From Lingula anatina (taxonomy: Eukaryota > Animalia > Brachiopoda), in assembly GCA_051362555.1 (NCBI GenBank), contig CM120642.1, positions 434,001 through 498,000 on the forward strand: a stretch of 64,000 nucleotides of DNA. The letters run 5' to 3'. The notes beneath the pieces are model-generated. The model was given only the letters and a program-made list of their open reading frames with translations, had not been told where the DNA came from and did no database searches. The translations under genes and the position numbers were made by a program. The first letter of the stretch is position 1. Each line of letters opens with the position of its first letter. This document shows, piece by piece, positions 62,304 to 64,000 of the stretch.

Positions 62304-62626
62304 CCGCCCGCCCGACCCCAATGTTTGACCAAGGTCCACTTTATGATACTACAAGGTATAACATAGGACTGTCCTCCATCAACATTGCGTACCATCCACG
62401 CACAATATGTTCAGCCAGGCAGGGGATAGACTGCACTAAGAGACCTGTATGTTACTACAAGTCCACAGCTATTAAAATCAATTATAACAAGGAATTCACA
62501 TAGGGCAATAGATGACAAGCTCTGAACCTGTCTTGTTTCAGCCCTATGTATTCAAATCAATAGAGATGTTTATACCTTTAAATCACACTCAGTCTTAAGA
62601 AAGAGATTCAGAAATTCTCTCACCCT

Positions 62627-62627
62627 C

Positions 62628-62681
<54 letters not shown>

Positions 62682-62764
62682 GTATGTATTTATATGTTCA
62701 TGCATGTGTGTGTGTGTGTGTGTGTTCATAGGTGTATGTGTGGGCGTCTGTATACATGTTACCA

Positions 62765-62817
<53 letters not shown>
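62627..62817. repeat. Compound (CT)n(AT)n and (TG)n microsatellites
   Basis: Direct reading. Confidence 0.9.
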
Positions 62818-62821
<4 letters not shown>

Positions 62822-62973
62822 ATGCATGTGTGTCCGTAGACAAAACCCAGAATCCTGCACTAAACTAATTCTCTATGGTCAGCTGAGTGTGGTATTGGTA
62901 CTAGGCTTATGTGTACACTGTGTAACCTGATCTTGACTTACAGCAAGGGAGGTGAACACCTGAGCTCAGAGAT

Positions 62974-63290
62974 CAGGCCTACCCAACTACCAGACTCGGC
63001 ACCGAATGATCCTGAATTCACCAGTAGATCAGACCACACTACCCGTTTTCAAGGTGTGTGTCAGATCGCATTACACAGTATCATACCCTGAACAAATTTT
63101 GAGTGGTGATGCAATGCTTTTCAACCCCGCTGAGAATCGTCACTATCACATCGCGTACTAGGCAAGAGCGGTGTCGCGTCTGATACTGTGTAATGCGATC
63201 TGACACACACCTTGAAAACGGGTAGTGTGGTCTGATCTACCGGTGAATTCAGGATCATTCGGTGCCGAGTCTGGTAGTTGGGTAGGCCTG
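62974..63290. mobile_element. Foldback MITE: 110-bp inverted arms (1 mismatch), 97-bp spacer, 5-bp TSD GAGAT
   Basis: Arms 62974-63083 and 63181-63290; GAGAT at 62969-62973 and 63291-63295. Confidence 0.88.
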
Positions 63291-64000
63291 GAGATGGGAC
63301 AAGATGAATACATTAAAAGCTGGGGAATCTTGATTCATATTCTTATGGTTTTCATCATAATTATCACCACATCAGGCTGCAGCATAACTTAGTCTATTAT
63401 ACTTCATGATCACATAACTCAGCAACATAAGGGATGATAATAAAGGCAAGAAGAAAGAAGTTAACTATATACTCTTGGCTGTATATTTTCCAGTACTAAT
63501 TATTTTTACTGTTTTCTCTGTCATCACTATAAGATAATGGTACAGGTAGTACTTATATGGGTGGAGAAGTGACAGAGGATGTTGTCAACTTTGATTCCTT
63601 AGCCCACACAAACTTCCTCCTTCATATCAAGGGTGTTTATTTAGTCTTTTTGCAAAAGAAATTAATTGAGATGTTCCTATGATAAAGTACTAATCAAAGA
63701 GATAAAATAACCATGTTCTTTATGACAAAATTAATCAAAGGGTAGACAGCTGTAATGTTTACCTACATTCTGTATCAGTAACAGTAAATAACAGCACCTG
63801 TAAGGTTCTGAATTCCTCAACAGATAATTCAATCTTTTTATCAACTGAATTGCATTTGAAGGTTGTCCTCTTTGAAGTAACACAACCAAAACAAAACAGT
63901 TGGACATATCTGAATGCTGAAGGAAAGACACCCTTAAACAAGCCAATTCATCACAGTGTGACAGACATATTCAAACAAATTAAATTGAAATCAAACTGTA

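Noticed and set aside
62974-63290. RAG/Transib (RSS-like) transposon because of the 5-bp TSD and internal CACAGTA
   Set aside because: Termini are CAG not CAC, the heptamer-like motif is at the inner arm end, and there is no convincing ACAAAAACC nonamer at 12/23 spacing.
46654-64000. PDZ-encoding 5' exons of Shroom or another gene in the last 17 kb
   Set aside because: No PDZ-like (GLGF/PWGF-type) peptide or codon-like exon was recognised. The short ORFs are AT-rich or microsatellite-derived. Very small exons could have been missed.

Overview
AT-rich, intron-containing animal (invertebrate-type) genomic DNA, not prokaryotic. Four protein-coding units can be rebuilt by hand with phase-consistent splice junctions. 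(1) An SLC22/organic-cation-transporter-like MFS gene on the minus strand (ATG 6205, 8 exons down to 613; the last exon probably lies left of the window). (2) A divergently transcribed 5-exon dCMP deaminase gene (DCTD, 8385-14511, 213 aa) whose intron 2 needs a GC donor. (3) An intronless 420-aa type-II-membrane DxD glycosyltransferase (GT32/'capsular polysaccharide synthesis'-like, 11268-12530) nested in the SAME orientation inside DCTD intron 3. It has its own splice acceptor and poly(A) signal, and splicing from DCTD exon 3 would create an overlapping TAATG stop-start. (4) A large Shroom-family gene on the minus strand (ASD2 domain 16834-19065, a 4.6-kb disordered exon, 5' end probably beyond the window), with several candidate alternative first exons and a cluster of LC8-type TQT/xQV motifs. 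Introns hold many non-autonomous DNA transposons (Harbinger-type and MULE-type MITEs, a Kolobok-like element, a Tc1 remnant, two Helentron/HINE-like elements, a near-perfect 110-bp foldback) plus arrays of nuclear-receptor half-sites. The best candidate for an undescribed system is the DCTD/nested glycosyltransferase unit. All calls come from reading the sequence; no database search was run.
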